Source: an uncultured Chitinophaga sp.
GTDB taxonomy: Bacteria > Bacteroidota > Bacteroidia > Chitinophagales > Chitinophagaceae
Length of the DNA stretch: 64,000 nucleotides
Reading direction: 5' to 3'
NCBI RefSeq assembly: GCF_902168175.1
Contig: NZ_CABHOU010000103.1
Coordinates: 545-64,544 of the forward strand
Both the position numbers and the translations under genes were made by a program. Each line of letters begins with the position of its first letter. The stretch's first letter is position 1. Positions 1-10,301 of this stretch are shown in pieces. The notes under the pieces were generated by a model that worked only from the letters and a program-made list of their open reading frames with translations, was not told the DNA's origin and searched no databases.

Positions 1-2
1 AC

Positions 3-908
3 CTGCCGACGGCGTTGGATAAAACGAATAATACAGTTACGGTGGAAAAATCCAGCTTCTCGATATTTGAGATTTATGAGAAAATATTTTTAATGCCCGT
101 GAAAGACCAGGTAGCACCCGGTGAGTATACCGAGGTGCTGTTAGGTACTCTTTTCAGCAGTCCGAACCAGGATGTATTACTGGCTCCACTGACGCCGAGT
201 TTCCAGAATGGCAACGAATTATACGAGGTAATTCGTACCGGCCAGGTAACTAAGATCAAGAACTGGCGTATCGTTACCGGTCCGGGATCGATTGAAGTGG
301 CGAACGATATGAAATCGAAGGCGCTTTATACAGCCCCCACTACAATGACAAAGCTGACAGATAAGGCCCTCATAGAAGTGACGCTGGAAGGCGTGCGGCC
401 GGTAAAAGACCCGAAAGCACCCGGTGGCGAGCGGCTGACGGGGCTGTTGATCATCCGCACGGAGGTAGATATTATGGCGGGTTACATACGACTGCAGTAT
501 AACGGGAAGGAGTACGTGCTTCGCAGCGAACTTGCTGCTGGTATGTTTACGCAGAAGCTCATGGGGATCCACGGGGAATCGGAGGATGGAGAAATTGCAG
601 TGGCTATCGGTATTAATAGTGACGGGCCTGGCAGCGCCGGTGCTTATCCCTGGGACCTCGCTTACAAACCAGGCACCTCCAGCGTAACGGTAACCGTTGA
701 TGATGATACGTGGACGGTAGGTCACCATGAATGTGGCGATCCCGGTAAAGCGGTTACGGCTTCCGGAAAGGTTGACGTTACTGAGTGGGGAGCTATAGGG
801 GAAGTTGTGAGCGGGAATTTCTCCGGTTCCATGGAGATGATGATCACCGACTGCTCGCATATCTCAAGAGGTGTGTCGGTGGAATTTAAAATGCTAAGAG
901 ATAAGTAG
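3..908 (+). CDS. Hypothetical protein, 5'-truncated by the window edge (C-terminal part of a probable surface/secreted protein)
   Basis: The frame is open from base 3 (CTG CCG ACG GCG TTG), so the TTG at 15 is probably internal. Stop TAG at 906-908, followed by a hairpin terminator. Beta-rich composition; no family confidently recognised. Confidence 0.7.
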   Translation: MPTALDKTNNTVTVEKSSFSIFEIYEKIFLMPVKDQVAPGEYTEVLLGTLFSSPNQDVLLAPLTPSFQNGNELYEVIRTGQVTKIKNWRIVTGPGSIEVANDMKSKALYTAPTTMTKLTDKALIEVTLEGVRPVKDPKAPGGERLTGLLIIRTEVDIMAGYIRLQYNGKEYVLRSELAAGMFTQKLMGIHGESEDGEIAVAIGINSDGPGSAGAYPWDLAYKPGTSSVTVTVDDDTWTVGHHECGDPGKAVTASGKVDVTEWGAIGEVVSGNFSGSMEMMITDCSHISRGVSVEFKMLRDK

Positions 909-932
909 ACGTTAAATTTTCAATAAGCCCCA

Positions 933-970
933 AAGGGACGCTCGTAAACCGGGCGTCCCTTCGTATTTTT
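933..970 (+). terminator. Intrinsic terminator
   Basis: AAGGGACGC (933-941) and GCGTCCCTT (953-961) form an inverted repeat, followed by a T-rich tail, 25 bp after the stop at 908. Confidence 0.65.
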
Positions 971-989
971 TCCCTAACTTCAAAGTACC

Positions 990-1742
990 ATGAAAAACAC
1001 CGAACGCTTTTCCAACCGGGTAGACAACTACGTGAAGTACAGGCCGCATTATCCTGAAGCCATCATTCCATATCTGAAACAGCATGCCGGCCTTAAACCT
1101 GGTGGCGTAGTAGCCGACATCGGCGTGGGTACGGGTATATCTTCCCTGCTTTTTCTTGAAAACGGTAATACAGTGCTTGGGGTAGAACCCAATGAAGCAA
1201 TGCGCCTGGCTGCAGAAAATCAACTGGGCAACAATACCGGTTTTAAAGTAGTGAATGGCTCTGCCGAGCATACCACCCTGCCCGATAACTGCGCTGACCT
1301 CATCATAGCGGGACAGGCATTTCATTGGTTCAACAGGGCCGAGGCGCGGGCGGAGTTCAGAAGGATTGGCCGTGAAAATGCGATGGTGGCCTTAATCTGG
1401 AACGAACGTTTAACGGACACCCCGTTTGAAGCGGCGTTTGAACAGTTGCTGAAAGATTATGCGGTGGATTATATTGAAGTAGATCACCGTAATATAGGGC
1501 CGGAACAACTGGCAGAGTTCTTTTCTGAAGAGGGTTTCGTGCTGCAGTTGTTTAAGAATGCACAGTTCTTCGATTATGCCGGACTTAAAGGCCGGCTGTT
1601 ATCATCTTCTTATGCCCCGGAACCCGGTCATAAAAACTATGCACCCATGCTTGAGAAACTCGAATCAATATTCGGGAAGTATAATGAACAGCGGATCGTG
1701 AAGTTTCATTATACAACGAGGTTGTATTTGGGTAGGGTTTAG
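990..1742 (+). CDS. Class I SAM-dependent methyltransferase
   Basis: Motif I VADIGVGTGIS, motif II GVEPN, and DLIIAGQAFHWF, typical of Methyltransf_11-type proteins. Confidence 0.9.
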   Translation: MKNTERFSNRVDNYVKYRPHYPEAIIPYLKQHAGLKPGGVVADIGVGTGISSLLFLENGNTVLGVEPNEAMRLAAENQLGNNTGFKVVNGSAEHTTLPDNCADLIIAGQAFHWFNRAEARAEFRRIGRENAMVALIWNERLTDTPFEAAFEQLLKDYAVDYIEVDHRNIGPEQLAEFFSEEGFVLQLFKNAQFFDYAGLKGRLLSSSYAPEPGHKNYAPMLEKLESIFGKYNEQRIVKFHYTTRLYLGRV

Positions 1743-2157
1743 CGGAGTTATTTGCAGGTTTTTTTCGGTAGGGCTTTTGTTTTAGATGCGTGAGTCCATG
1801 TTTGACCAGGTTTCAACGCTATCATATTTCAAAAGCCGGTCAGCGATATAATGGGGATAGAAGGTAAATTAAAAGTTGGCAGATGGGAGAACAATAAAGA
1901 TATATCATACAAAGTTAGTGTTGGTGCCGAACAATTTATGATCCATTGCGTATTTATTGTTGTTTAGTTAGCGGTAGCGGTATTAAAGATACCTGGAGGT
2001 AGGTGTTATGTTGCCTTCGGTAAGTATGTTAGTTACATTCAGTCTATTGTTACATAACATTTAACCATGACGGTAAAAGATTAATTAAATTCCGTGCCCC
2101 GGTAGTTATTCTTTTAAAAAATCATACATTAGTATATTGACAATAACATAAATCACT

Positions 2158-2868
2158 ATGAAAAAGTACTTTGCAGAATTTTTCGGTACATTTTGGCTGG
2201 TGTTCGGAGGTTGTGGTAGTGCGGTTTTCGCAGCGGGTGTTCCCGAAATAGGGATCGGTTTGCTAGGGGTTTCTCTGGCATTTGGTCTTACGGTATTGAC
2301 GATGGCTTATGCTGTTGGTCATATATCAGGGGGACATTTTAATCCGGCTGTTTCTGTTGGCTTATTTGCCAGTGGCCGATTCGAAGCAAAGCAATTGTTA
2401 CCTTATATTGCTTCGCAGGTATTGGGGGCAACGGCAGCAGCGGCTGTTTTGTATTTAATTTTGAATGGTGCTGACGCTTTTTCGGCAGAGGGCCCAGGTG
2501 CATTTGCTACTAACTTTTATGAAATGCCCGGATATGCCGGTAGAAGCTTTAGCATGGCGGCGGCTTTTGCAGCTGAATTTGTTTTGACAGCATTTTTTCT
2601 GATTGTTATTTTAGGGGCTACCGATAAGTATGCGAATGGGAAATTTGCCGGAATAGCCATCGGATTAGCACTAACACTGATACACTTGATCTCTATCCCG
2701 ATTACCAATACTTCGGTAAATCCTGCCCGCTCTACTTCACAGGCTCTTTTTGTACAGGGAGAAGCATTGGGGCAGCTATGGCTTTTTTGGGTTGCACCAA
2801 TTGCAGGTGCCATTGTTGGTGGACTGATTTATAAATTCCTGTTACAAAAAGATAATAATCCGGAATAG
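2158..2868 (+). CDS. aqpZ: Aquaporin Z (MIP family water channel)
   Basis: Two NPA motifs ([19 protein letters not shown]), N-terminal [18 protein letters not shown] and [10 protein letters not shown], which are AqpZ hallmarks. Confidence 0.95.
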   Translation: MKKYFAEFFGTFWLVFGGCGSAVFAAGVPEIGIGLLGVSLAFGLTVLTMAYAVGHISGGHFNPAVSVGLFASGRFEAKQLLPYIASQVLGATAAAAVLYLILNGADAFSAEGPGAFATNFYEMPGYAGRSFSMAAAFAAEFVLTAFFLIVILGATDKYANGKFAGIAIGLALTLIHLISIPITNTSVNPARSTSQALFVQGEALGQLWLFWVAPIAGAIVGGLIYKFLLQKDNNPE

Positions 2869-3275
2869 TTCCTTTTGAATAATCCAATTTGGTAAGTACA
2901 GAAGCATCGTCTATACAGGCGAAGCTAGTGACAGGATTTTGCCTACAAAAAGAAATAAGCAAGGAAACGGAATAGAGGTTAAGCGTACATTACTAACGCA
3001 AGCGGATTTCCTCATAAATAGAACATTAAAAGGGAATAACTACTGATGTATAAAGACTATAACGCTTCACCCCAAAGATTGATATAGTAATTTTCCTAAC
3101 CAAGACATTTTGCCGGTGCGATAAATTGTTTCGCTTCCCGACGGGCCTGCGCCGCGTCACATTCACCAGCTGGTTATAAGTCCATATTCCCCGGATGGCA
3201 TAAACGCTATAGGCTAACGGCTAAAATTACCCTTTCTCTCCAATTTTTTATATCTTAACCCCCGAAGTTCGAGAC

Positions 3276-3872
3276 ATGGAAAAGAAGGCAGACTTTACCG
3301 GTACATTTTCTATTGATGCAATGCGGAGTGGAGATATGGCTGCGTTTAACAGCCTGTTCTCGCAATTCTATGCACCCCTTTGTTACTTCGCGGAAAAGAT
3401 ACTGGAAGATAAGTTTGCCGCCGAAGAAGTAGTGCAGGGGGTTATGATGACGGTATGGAACAAACGGGCGGACTTCGACGCCTTTCCTGCCCTTAAATCC
3501 TTTCTCTATATAAGTACCCGCAACGCCAGCCTTAACCACCTCGATAAGCTGCAACGGCAGCGCCAGCAGCAAAAGTTAATAGAGCAAAGCAGCCCGGTTT
3601 CTGAAGAAGTGATCCTCAGTTCCATATTCAGGGCGGAAGCCATGCGCGAAATATACCAGGCTATCGACAAACTGCCAGAGAAGTATCGGGTAATTATGGA
3701 ACTGGCCTATAAAGAAGAATTGAAAATCAACGAGATAGCAGAGAAGCTGGATATGCCGGTGAATACGGTGCATAAACAGAAGAACAGAGCCCTGTCGTCC
3801 TTAAAGAAACTTCTTTCTCATAAATCATTTCTCTTACTGCTGGCGGCTTTGAGCAACGATCAGCTATCCTGA
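3276..3872 (+). CDS. ECF RNA polymerase sigma-70 factor (Bacteroidetes PUL type)
   Basis: Region 2 (LFSQFYAPLCYFA...AEEVVQ...LKSFLYISTRNASLNHL) and region 4 HTH (EIAEKLDMPVNTVHKQKNRALSSLKK); sits directly upstream of a fecR homologue. Confidence 0.93.
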   Translation: MEKKADFTGTFSIDAMRSGDMAAFNSLFSQFYAPLCYFAEKILEDKFAAEEVVQGVMMTVWNKRADFDAFPALKSFLYISTRNASLNHLDKLQRQRQQQKLIEQSSPVSEEVILSSIFRAEAMREIYQAIDKLPEKYRVIMELAYKEELKINEIAEKLDMPVNTVHKQKNRALSSLKKLLSHKSFLLLLAALSNDQLS

Positions 3873-3948
3873 GAAAAAATATTTTATTCTTTTTGTCCAA
3901 AAACGGGATTGAGTTCTGTTTTAATATGGATATACGGCTATTCCAAAG

Positions 3949-5121
3949 ATGAATGATCAAGAATTGCAAACAGCGTTAAAGATGGCGGGGCTCATGCCCG
4001 GTTATCTTACTAATACCCTTACCCCGTTAGAAAGGGAAGCGTTGGAGGCATGGATGGCAGCCAGCGACACTAACCGCAAAGCGGTGGAAAGCCTGCTGAA
4101 CGAAGATCAGGCGTTAGCGGAGTGGCGGATGATGGAGAAGTACAGGCTGAAGAAACCGGCAACGGTAAAAGCTATATCGCCCGTACCCGTGCGTAACAGG
4201 CAAATATGGTGGGCCCAGGCGGCAGCGGTTGCGCTGGTAGTTATTGGCAGCACCACGGCGATATGGGTAAATAACACGAAACCGGCTACCACACCCGTGG
4301 CGGCAATAGCGGAAGTGTTGCCTGGCAGTACCAAAGCAAAACTGGTACTGCCGAACGGTGAAACGCTTTCGCTGGACGAATCCAGCGATACGGCCTTCAT
4401 GCAGGGGCAGGCAGTGCAGGTGCAGCAACACCAGGGGAACCTGGCTTACGAACAGTTGACGGGAGAAACGGATGAAGTAATCTATCACAAACTCATCACC
4501 CCCAAAGGCGGCGAGTTTAAAGTGAGACTGGAAGATGGTACGCTGGTTTGGCTGAACGCCGCTTCATCTATCCGTTACCCGACAAAGTTTACCGGCAGTA
4601 CACGTACGGTGCAGGTAACAGGGGAGGCCTACTTCGAAATAGCAAAGGATGCGGAACATCCTTTTATCGTGGAAGTAAACGATTTTACTGCTATAGAAGT
4701 GCTGGGTACCCACTTTAATGTAAATGCTTATACAGACCAGGAACATATATATACAACACTACTGCAAGGCGCAGTAGCCGTTACTGCCGGCGCAGAAAGG
4801 CGACGATTGTCGCCAGGCCAGCAGGCCATTGTAAACCACCAGCCTAACAGTCCTGTAAATGTACAGGCGGCCGACACTATCCGGGCCGTGGCGTGGAAAA
4901 ATGGAGAGTTCGATTTTAACGATGCGAAATTGTCGGATGTCATGCGGCAATTATCAAAGTGGTACGATGTTACCATTACTTATGAACCAGGCGCCCCCGA
5001 TATTAAGATATGGGGAAGAATGAAAAGAAACCAAAATCTGCAACAAGTAGTTGCCATCCTGAACGCAATGGATGTAAAAGTTAGACTGGAAGAAGGACGG
5101 AAACTATCCGTGTTACGTTAG
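3949..5121 (+). CDS. FecR-family anti-sigma factor
   Basis: Single TM segment, FecR core (TPKGGEFKVRLEDGTLVWLNAASSIRYP, GEAYFEIAKD, VLGTHFNVNAY) and a C-terminal DUF4974-like region (AWKNGEFDF). Confidence 0.95.
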   Translation: MNDQELQTALKMAGLMPGYLTNTLTPLEREALEAWMAASDTNRKAVESLLNEDQALAEWRMMEKYRLKKPATVKAISPVPVRNRQIWWAQAAAVALVVIGSTTAIWVNNTKPATTPVAAIAEVLPGSTKAKLVLPNGETLSLDESSDTAFMQGQAVQVQQHQGNLAYEQLTGETDEVIYHKLITPKGGEFKVRLEDGTLVWLNAASSIRYPTKFTGSTRTVQVTGEAYFEIAKDAEHPFIVEVNDFTAIEVLGTHFNVNAYTDQEHIYTTLLQGAVAVTAGAERRRLSPGQQAIVNHQPNSPVNVQAADTIRAVAWKNGEFDFNDAKLSDVMRQLSKWYDVTITYEPGAPDIKIWGRMKRNQNLQQVVAILNAMDVKVRLEEGRKLSVLR

Positions 5122-5219
5122 TACGCATTTGAAGCTTTAGAGAACATATTGCAGCCCGAAAGAGGGTTGTAAGGCTTGTATTGACCATTATTTACCAACC
5201 AAGATCAAACATTTGTACT

Positions 5220-8200
5220 ATGCGATTAATTGCCTTCATGCTGTTTGCATGTGCACTAAGTTGTAGCGCCATGGCACACGCCCAGCGTATTACATTTTCC
5301 GGTACAAAGGTGCCCTTACAAGAGGTACTCACGGAAGTGCAGAAACAAACCGGCTACCTTGTTATGAGCAACAGCCAGCTCATTAAAGAAGCTCCTCCTG
5401 TGACCATCACGGCGTCGCAGCAGCCACTTGTAACGTTCCTCGACGAACTGTTTAAGGGGCCGAAACTCGAATATGCTATTGAGAACAAAACGATTACTAT
5501 CCGCAGAAAGAAAGTCAATGTGCTTCCCTTTTTACCAGACACTGCACGCCTTCCGCAGAAAGACATTATTGGTACGGTAACCGACGAAGCAGGACAACCT
5601 ATTCCGGGTGTTACAGTTCGTGTTCAGGGCCGTACTGGCGGTACTTCCACCGATGCGCAGGGGAAGTTCCGCATCAAGGCAGATACTACAGCCATACTGC
5701 ATATTTCGAGTATCGGCTATTTGCCGCGCGATTTGACCACGCCGGCCGTATTACGTTCATCACTGATCCGACTTGCTCCTGCAGCCAATAACCTGGAGGC
5801 AGTATCGATCGTAACTACTGGTTATCAAACCAGGAAACAGAGCCAGCAGGTAGGCTCTATTACTTCTGTAAAGGGAAAAGACCTGGAGAACTCCGGTATT
5901 ACTACGTTCGATAAAGCCCTGGCAGGAAGAATGCCAGGCGTATACGTACGCAGCGTATCGGGCCGGCCGGGCGAAACAGGGCAGATCATCATCCGTGGCG
6001 TTAACACGCTTACGGGTAACGTGGAACCGCTGTACGTACTGGACGGTATGCCGCTACAGCCTGGTGAAGTGAGCGGTAGCATGAATACGCTCATCACCAA
6101 CGGTATCGGTAACATCCCCCCTGAAAATATAGAAAGCATCACCATCCTGAAAGATGCGACGGCAGCGTCCATTTATGGTTCCCGAGCAGCTAACGGGGTA
6201 ATTGTAATTACCACTAAAAGCGGTAAGGTGGGTAACGACTATGTAAACTATACTGGCAAATATGGTATCACCGAACGTCCGCAGAACAACTTCAGCTTCA
6301 TGAACTCGAAAGAGAAAGTGGCGTTTGAAAGGGGCCTCAGGGATGACTTTTATCCCCCGTATGAATCGGGTGGCCGTGTTATCCAGCTGCTTAGTCTGGC
6401 CGACAAAGGTGCCATTTCACAAGCTGATGCAGAAGCGCGGATCGCAGAACTGGAACAAACGAATACCGACTGGATCAAACAATTGTACCGCGTGGCACAG
6501 AGCCAGTCGCACAACATCAGCCTGAGTGGTGGTAATACAAAAACCACTTACTATGCCGGTTTCAACTACCAGGAGTCACAGGGTAGCCTGATCGAGAACA
6601 AGTTCCAGACTGGCGGGTTGAATATGAAGCTCTCCCGTTATGCAACGGACAAGCTGCTGTTTAAGGTAAACCTGTACACCACACTGAAAAAGAACCAGGA
6701 GGGTCAGGCAGGCCTCGACCCCTTTAAATATGCGGTGTTCGCCAATCCGTATGAGAAGCCTTATAATGCAGACGGTTCCTACGCATCAGATATGACCTAC
6801 CGCGCTATTCCTTATGATATCGGGAACAACAGTACCCTGTATTACTCTACGTTCAATATGATCCGCGAGTTGAAGGAAAACCGGCTTACTAACATGTATG
6901 GCAACATACGTGGACAGTTTGCAGTGGAATACGATTTCCTGAAACACTTTAAATACACGGGTAACGTTGCAGCGTCTTACACTTCGGTGCATGATAAGGA
7001 CGAATCGTTTGGAGGCACGTACCGCTCATGGGCCAACAACTGGCTAACCGCAGCGTCTACGGGTGGAGGCGTACTGCCTGAGCATAACCGTGGTTACCTG
7101 CAGGAAAATACAGGTCGCACCTTCGATTATACGGTGCGTAATACGCTCGAGTACAACAATACGATTGCAGGGAAACATTTCGTGCAGGCGTTTTTTGCGA
7201 ATGAATTCGGCGCCATTAAAAACGACCAGTTCATGCACTTCAATCCTATCTACCTGCAGGAGTATGCCATCGCCGGCTATCCCAGCTGGGACCTGGTGGC
7301 GGATACGCGCTTCATGAGTCTGAATTTAAGCAGGTTCGGTAATACCAAAACATCAGAGAACAGGAGCGCCTCCTTTATCGGCTCGCTCGTGTACTCGTAT
7401 GACAACCGCTACGTGTTTAACGGTAATATTCGTTACGATGGCGTAGATATTATCGGCTCCGAAAATCAGTTCTCTCCGTTATGGTCTGCCGGTGTTCGGT
7501 GGAACGCGCAGAACGAGAAGTTCCTGATCGACTATCAGGACGTGATCAGCAGGCTGGTACTGTCGGCCGGTTACGGTTACCGCGGTAGTATTAACCGCAG
7601 TGTATTGCCTTTCCATACTTACGACCTCGGGACCGCCGTATACGCCAGCACACCTGTTGCTGCAATGTTCTATTATGGTAACCCGGTAATTAAGTGGGAG
7701 AAAAAAGGTGAAACGAACTTAGGATTGGAGCTATCGCTGTTTAAAGGTCGTGTGAATACAGAGTGGCGTTACTTTAACGAGAAAGTAACCGACCTGCTCG
7801 ATGATACCAAGATACCACCATCAACTGGCCGTTCGAGCACGAAAGTGAACGTAGGTTCTTTAAGCAACAAAGGACTGGAAGTGAGCCTGCGTATAGAAGC
7901 GATCAAAACAAAAGACTGGTTATGGGAAGTGAGCGGTAACATCACGAAGGTGAAGAATAACCTGACGAATGTATTCGAAAAGGAATATCCAACGCTGGCC
8001 AACAGTTATACTACCAACATAGAAGGATACCCGGTAAACAGCTGGTTCGGTTACAAATACGTTCGTGTAAACCCGGAGAATGGCAGCCTGATCGTACTGG
8101 CGCAGAAACGTAACGCTAAAGTGGTGGATGGTAAAGTTGAAACCTCCCTGGTAGATACCGAAGTAGACTTAAGCCGCACCGCCGTGGCCGATCTGCAGGC

Positions 8201-8723
8201 TAACTACCGCCCTTACTACCTCGGTCACCGTGACCCTGAGGTGTATGGTGGTTTTAATTCCCGTTTAACTTATAAGGCGATAGAGCTGACCGCCAACTTC
8301 GTATTTGCAGATGGCAACCAGATCGTTGGTTTCCGCGACAGGAGAGAAGGTCCTAGTGGCGCTAACAGCGACATCTTTACCAGCCGAACCAATCGCCTGA
8401 AGAAAAACCTGAACCGCTGGCGCCAGGTAGGTGATATTACCGATATCCCGGTATATCGCACCTCGTCTTCCAGTTATACCAACTACCTTATTTCTACCGA
8501 TATAGAAAGCGGCCGTTACCTGAAGTGTACAGAGCTGGCGCTGTCATGGCGCGCACCACGCAATCTGCTGGCACGTTCGAGCATGAAATCGCTGAAAGCG
8601 ACCATCGTAGCTTCCAACCTGTTAGCGTTAAGTCCGTACAGCGGTACCGATGCGGAAACGCAAACACCTTTCGGCTATCCTAACACACGCAGCTACACAG
8701 CATCCTTAACCGTTGGCTTCTAA
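5220..8723 (+). CDS. SusC/RagA-family TonB-dependent transporter with N-terminal STN signalling domain
   Basis: Signal peptide, STN-like N-terminus, CarboxypepD_reg-like domain, plug motif IESITILKDATAASIYGSRAANGVIVITTK, C-terminal Phe. The ATG at 5220 is preferred over the TTG at 5181 because of its A-rich initiation region. Confidence 0.95.
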   Translation: MRLIAFMLFACALSCSAMAHAQRITFSGTKVPLQEVLTEVQKQTGYLVMSNSQLIKEAPPVTITASQQPLVTFLDELFKGPKLEYAIENKTITIRRKKVNVLPFLPDTARLPQKDIIGTVTDEAGQPIPGVTVRVQGRTGGTSTDAQGKFRIKADTTAILHISSIGYLPRDLTTPAVLRSSLIRLAPAANNLEAVSIVTTGYQTRKQSQQVGSITSVKGKDLENSGITTFDKALAGRMPGVYVRSVSGRPGETGQIIIRGVNTLTGNVEPLYVLDGMPLQPGEVSGSMNTLITNGIGNIPPENIESITILKDATAASIYGSRAANGVIVITTKSGKVGNDYVNYTGKYGITERPQNNFSFMNSKEKVAFERGLRDDFYPPYESGGRVIQLLSLADKGAISQADAEARIAELEQTNTDWIKQLYRVAQSQSHNISLSGGNTKTTYYAGFNYQESQGSLIENKFQTGGLNMKLSRYATDKLLFKVNLYTTLKKNQEGQAGLDPFKYAVFANPYEKPYNADGSYASDMTYRAIPYDIGNNSTLYYSTFNMIRELKENRLTNMYGNIRGQFAVEYDFLKHFKYTGNVAASYTSVHDKDESFGGTYRSWANNWLTAASTGGGVLPEHNRGYLQENTGRTFDYTVRNTLEYNNTIAGKHFVQAFFANEFGAIKNDQFMHFNPIYLQEYAIAGYPSWDLVADTRFMSLNLSRFGNTKTSENRSASFIGSLVYSYDNRYVFNGNIRYDGVDIIGSENQFSPLWSAGVRWNAQNEKFLIDYQDVISRLVLSAGYGYRGSINRSVLPFHTYDLGTAVYASTPVAAMFYYGNPVIKWEKKGETNLGLELSLFKGRVNTEWRYFNEKVTDLLDDTKIPPSTGRSSTKVNVGSLSNKGLEVSLRIEAIKTKDWLWEVSGNITKVKNNLTNVFEKEYPTLANSYTTNIEGYPVNSWFGYKYVRVNPENGSLIVLAQKRNAKVVDGKVETSLVDTEVDLSRTAVADLQANYRPYYLGHRDPEVYGGFNSRLTYKAIELTANFVFADGNQIVGFRDRREGPSGANSDIFTSRTNRLKKNLNRWRQVGDITDIPVYRTSSSSYTNYLISTDIESGRYLKCTELALSWRAPRNLLARSSMKSLKATIVASNLLALSPYSGTDAETQTPFGYPNTRSYTASLTVGF

Positions 8724-8734
8724 ATTTATCAACC

Positions 8735-10285
8735 ATGAGAAAAAGTATTGCCTATATATTACTCTCTTCCCTGCTGATGATTTCGCAGGGTTGTAAAGAC
8801 TTCCTCGACCTGCCACCAAAAAACAAACGTACGGTGACGACGATCACCGATGTAAAATCGCTGCTGGGCTCTTACCTGCGCGGCGTGGCAGAGTTACGTG
8901 TAAAGCCGCTTTACGGCAGTGTATTGTGCATAGCGCCGCCCGCAGGCAACGTGCTGTTCGAATCTTATTCCGATAATATAGATTTTGAAACGGCCCTTAC
9001 GCAAACTTACCTGCAGCCGAATAACTACCATCTTAAATCGGAGTTAAGCTACGCTGATCTGCTGTTGTGGAATAACTTCACTACGCCGCAAACATTGTGG
9101 ACGCAGCACTACGAGATCATCGGCTTCCTGAACAGCCTCATCGACCAGTTAGAAGAGATCGAGGACGGTACAGAGCAGCAGCGCGATCAGATGCGGGGTG
9201 AAATGTTAGCGCACCGTGCGTATTACGTGTTCAAACTGTTGCAATACTTCGCTCCATATAACAAAGCAGAACAGGGCATTCCTGTATACCTGCATACCGG
9301 TCAAAGTACCATGGGTATTAAGATGTCGCGCAAAACGCATGCAGAGGTATATAAGATTATCCTGGACGATCTGAACGCGGCGCTGGAGTTAAATGCTAAA
9401 TCTGCTCCCCTGCAGGGCTTTAACGTGTTTTACAACAGTCGTTACCTGAATCACCTCCTGGCACAGGTATATTGGTTCAAAGCAGAATCACCTGCCAAAG
9501 AAGCCGATGACTATGCAAAGGTGAAAACCCACGCTGCAGCAGCGGCAGAAGGAACAGCAGCTGCTATTCCGACTACCACTACAACGATGATCAATGCTTA
9601 TGCTGGTAAAGATCCCAACTACCCGGCTATATGCGGAGAGAACAACTCCCAGGGCGCGGTAAGTGCCATTTATGGCTCCTGCTATCAGTACTTGTCGCCC
9701 GGCGCTTACGGCCCGGAGAACATTCCGCTTGCGGCCGATTTCGCTGCATTGTTTACGCCTGGTGATATACGTATCGCTGCTATCTTCAATAATGATGTTA
9801 CCCGTGCAGGTGGTAAAGTAGGTGTAGCAGGCAAAACGCTGAACTGGGGCTGGCCTTCCGATGGTACTGCCACGGGTTCACTGAAGCGTGGTAATGCAGC
9901 TATCTTTAAACCTGAAGAGGCTTATCTGTTACTGGCCGAAGCACAGTTCAGACTGAACGAAACCGGTGATGCGATCACTACGCTGAACGCCTTCAAAGCC
10001 TTGCGTAATGCGGGTACGGCTAATGGCCTTACTGGCGATGCATTGTTACAGGAAATCATCAACGAACGCCGTAAAGAGTTTTTTGGTGATAATGATAAAC
10101 GCTGGCTCGATCTGAAACGCTACCGCAATAAGACTATCACACGTAAGCTGATATTCTTCAACAAAACGTACGACCTCACTGTGGCTCCGGACGCGTATAA
10201 CTACGCCTTGCCCATTCCTTTAACGGAAGTGCAGGAAAACCCGGCCCTGGTGCCAAACGACGGATGGATAGCTATTGAATATTAA
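8735..10285 (+). CDS. SusD/RagB-family lipoprotein
   Basis: Lipobox Cys (SQGC), GEMLAHRAYYVFKLLQYF, EEAYLLLAEA, ERRKEFFG...RWLDLKR, LPIP..E...NP; immediately downstream of susC. Confidence 0.92.
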   Translation: MRKSIAYILLSSLLMISQGCKDFLDLPPKNKRTVTTITDVKSLLGSYLRGVAELRVKPLYGSVLCIAPPAGNVLFESYSDNIDFETALTQTYLQPNNYHLKSELSYADLLLWNNFTTPQTLWTQHYEIIGFLNSLIDQLEEIEDGTEQQRDQMRGEMLAHRAYYVFKLLQYFAPYNKAEQGIPVYLHTGQSTMGIKMSRKTHAEVYKIILDDLNAALELNAKSAPLQGFNVFYNSRYLNHLLAQVYWFKAESPAKEADDYAKVKTHAAAAAEGTAAAIPTTTTTMINAYAGKDPNYPAICGENNSQGAVSAIYGSCYQYLSPGAYGPENIPLAADFAALFTPGDIRIAAIFNNDVTRAGGKVGVAGKTLNWGWPSDGTATGSLKRGNAAIFKPEEAYLLLAEAQFRLNETGDAITTLNAFKALRNAGTANGLTGDALLQEIINERRKEFFGDNDKRWLDLKRYRNKTITRKLIFFNKTYDLTVAPDAYNYALPIPLTEVQENPALVPNDGWIAIEY

Positions 10286-10301
10286 CGGTTAAACGCATTA
10301 C

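Noticed and set aside
219-860. 213-aa minus-strand ORF
   Set aside because: Antisense to the plus-strand gene, which has the matching downstream terminator.
1851-1967. 38-codon ORF (MGIEGKLKVGRWENNKDISYKVSVGAEQFMIHCVFIVV) between the methyltransferase and aqpZ
   Set aside because: Weak start context and no recognisable motif; cannot be supported from sequence alone.
3100-3230. GC-richer patch upstream of the first ECF sigma considered as a riboswitch
   Set aside because: I could not find the conserved cores of cobalamin, TPP, SAM or other common riboswitches on either strand.
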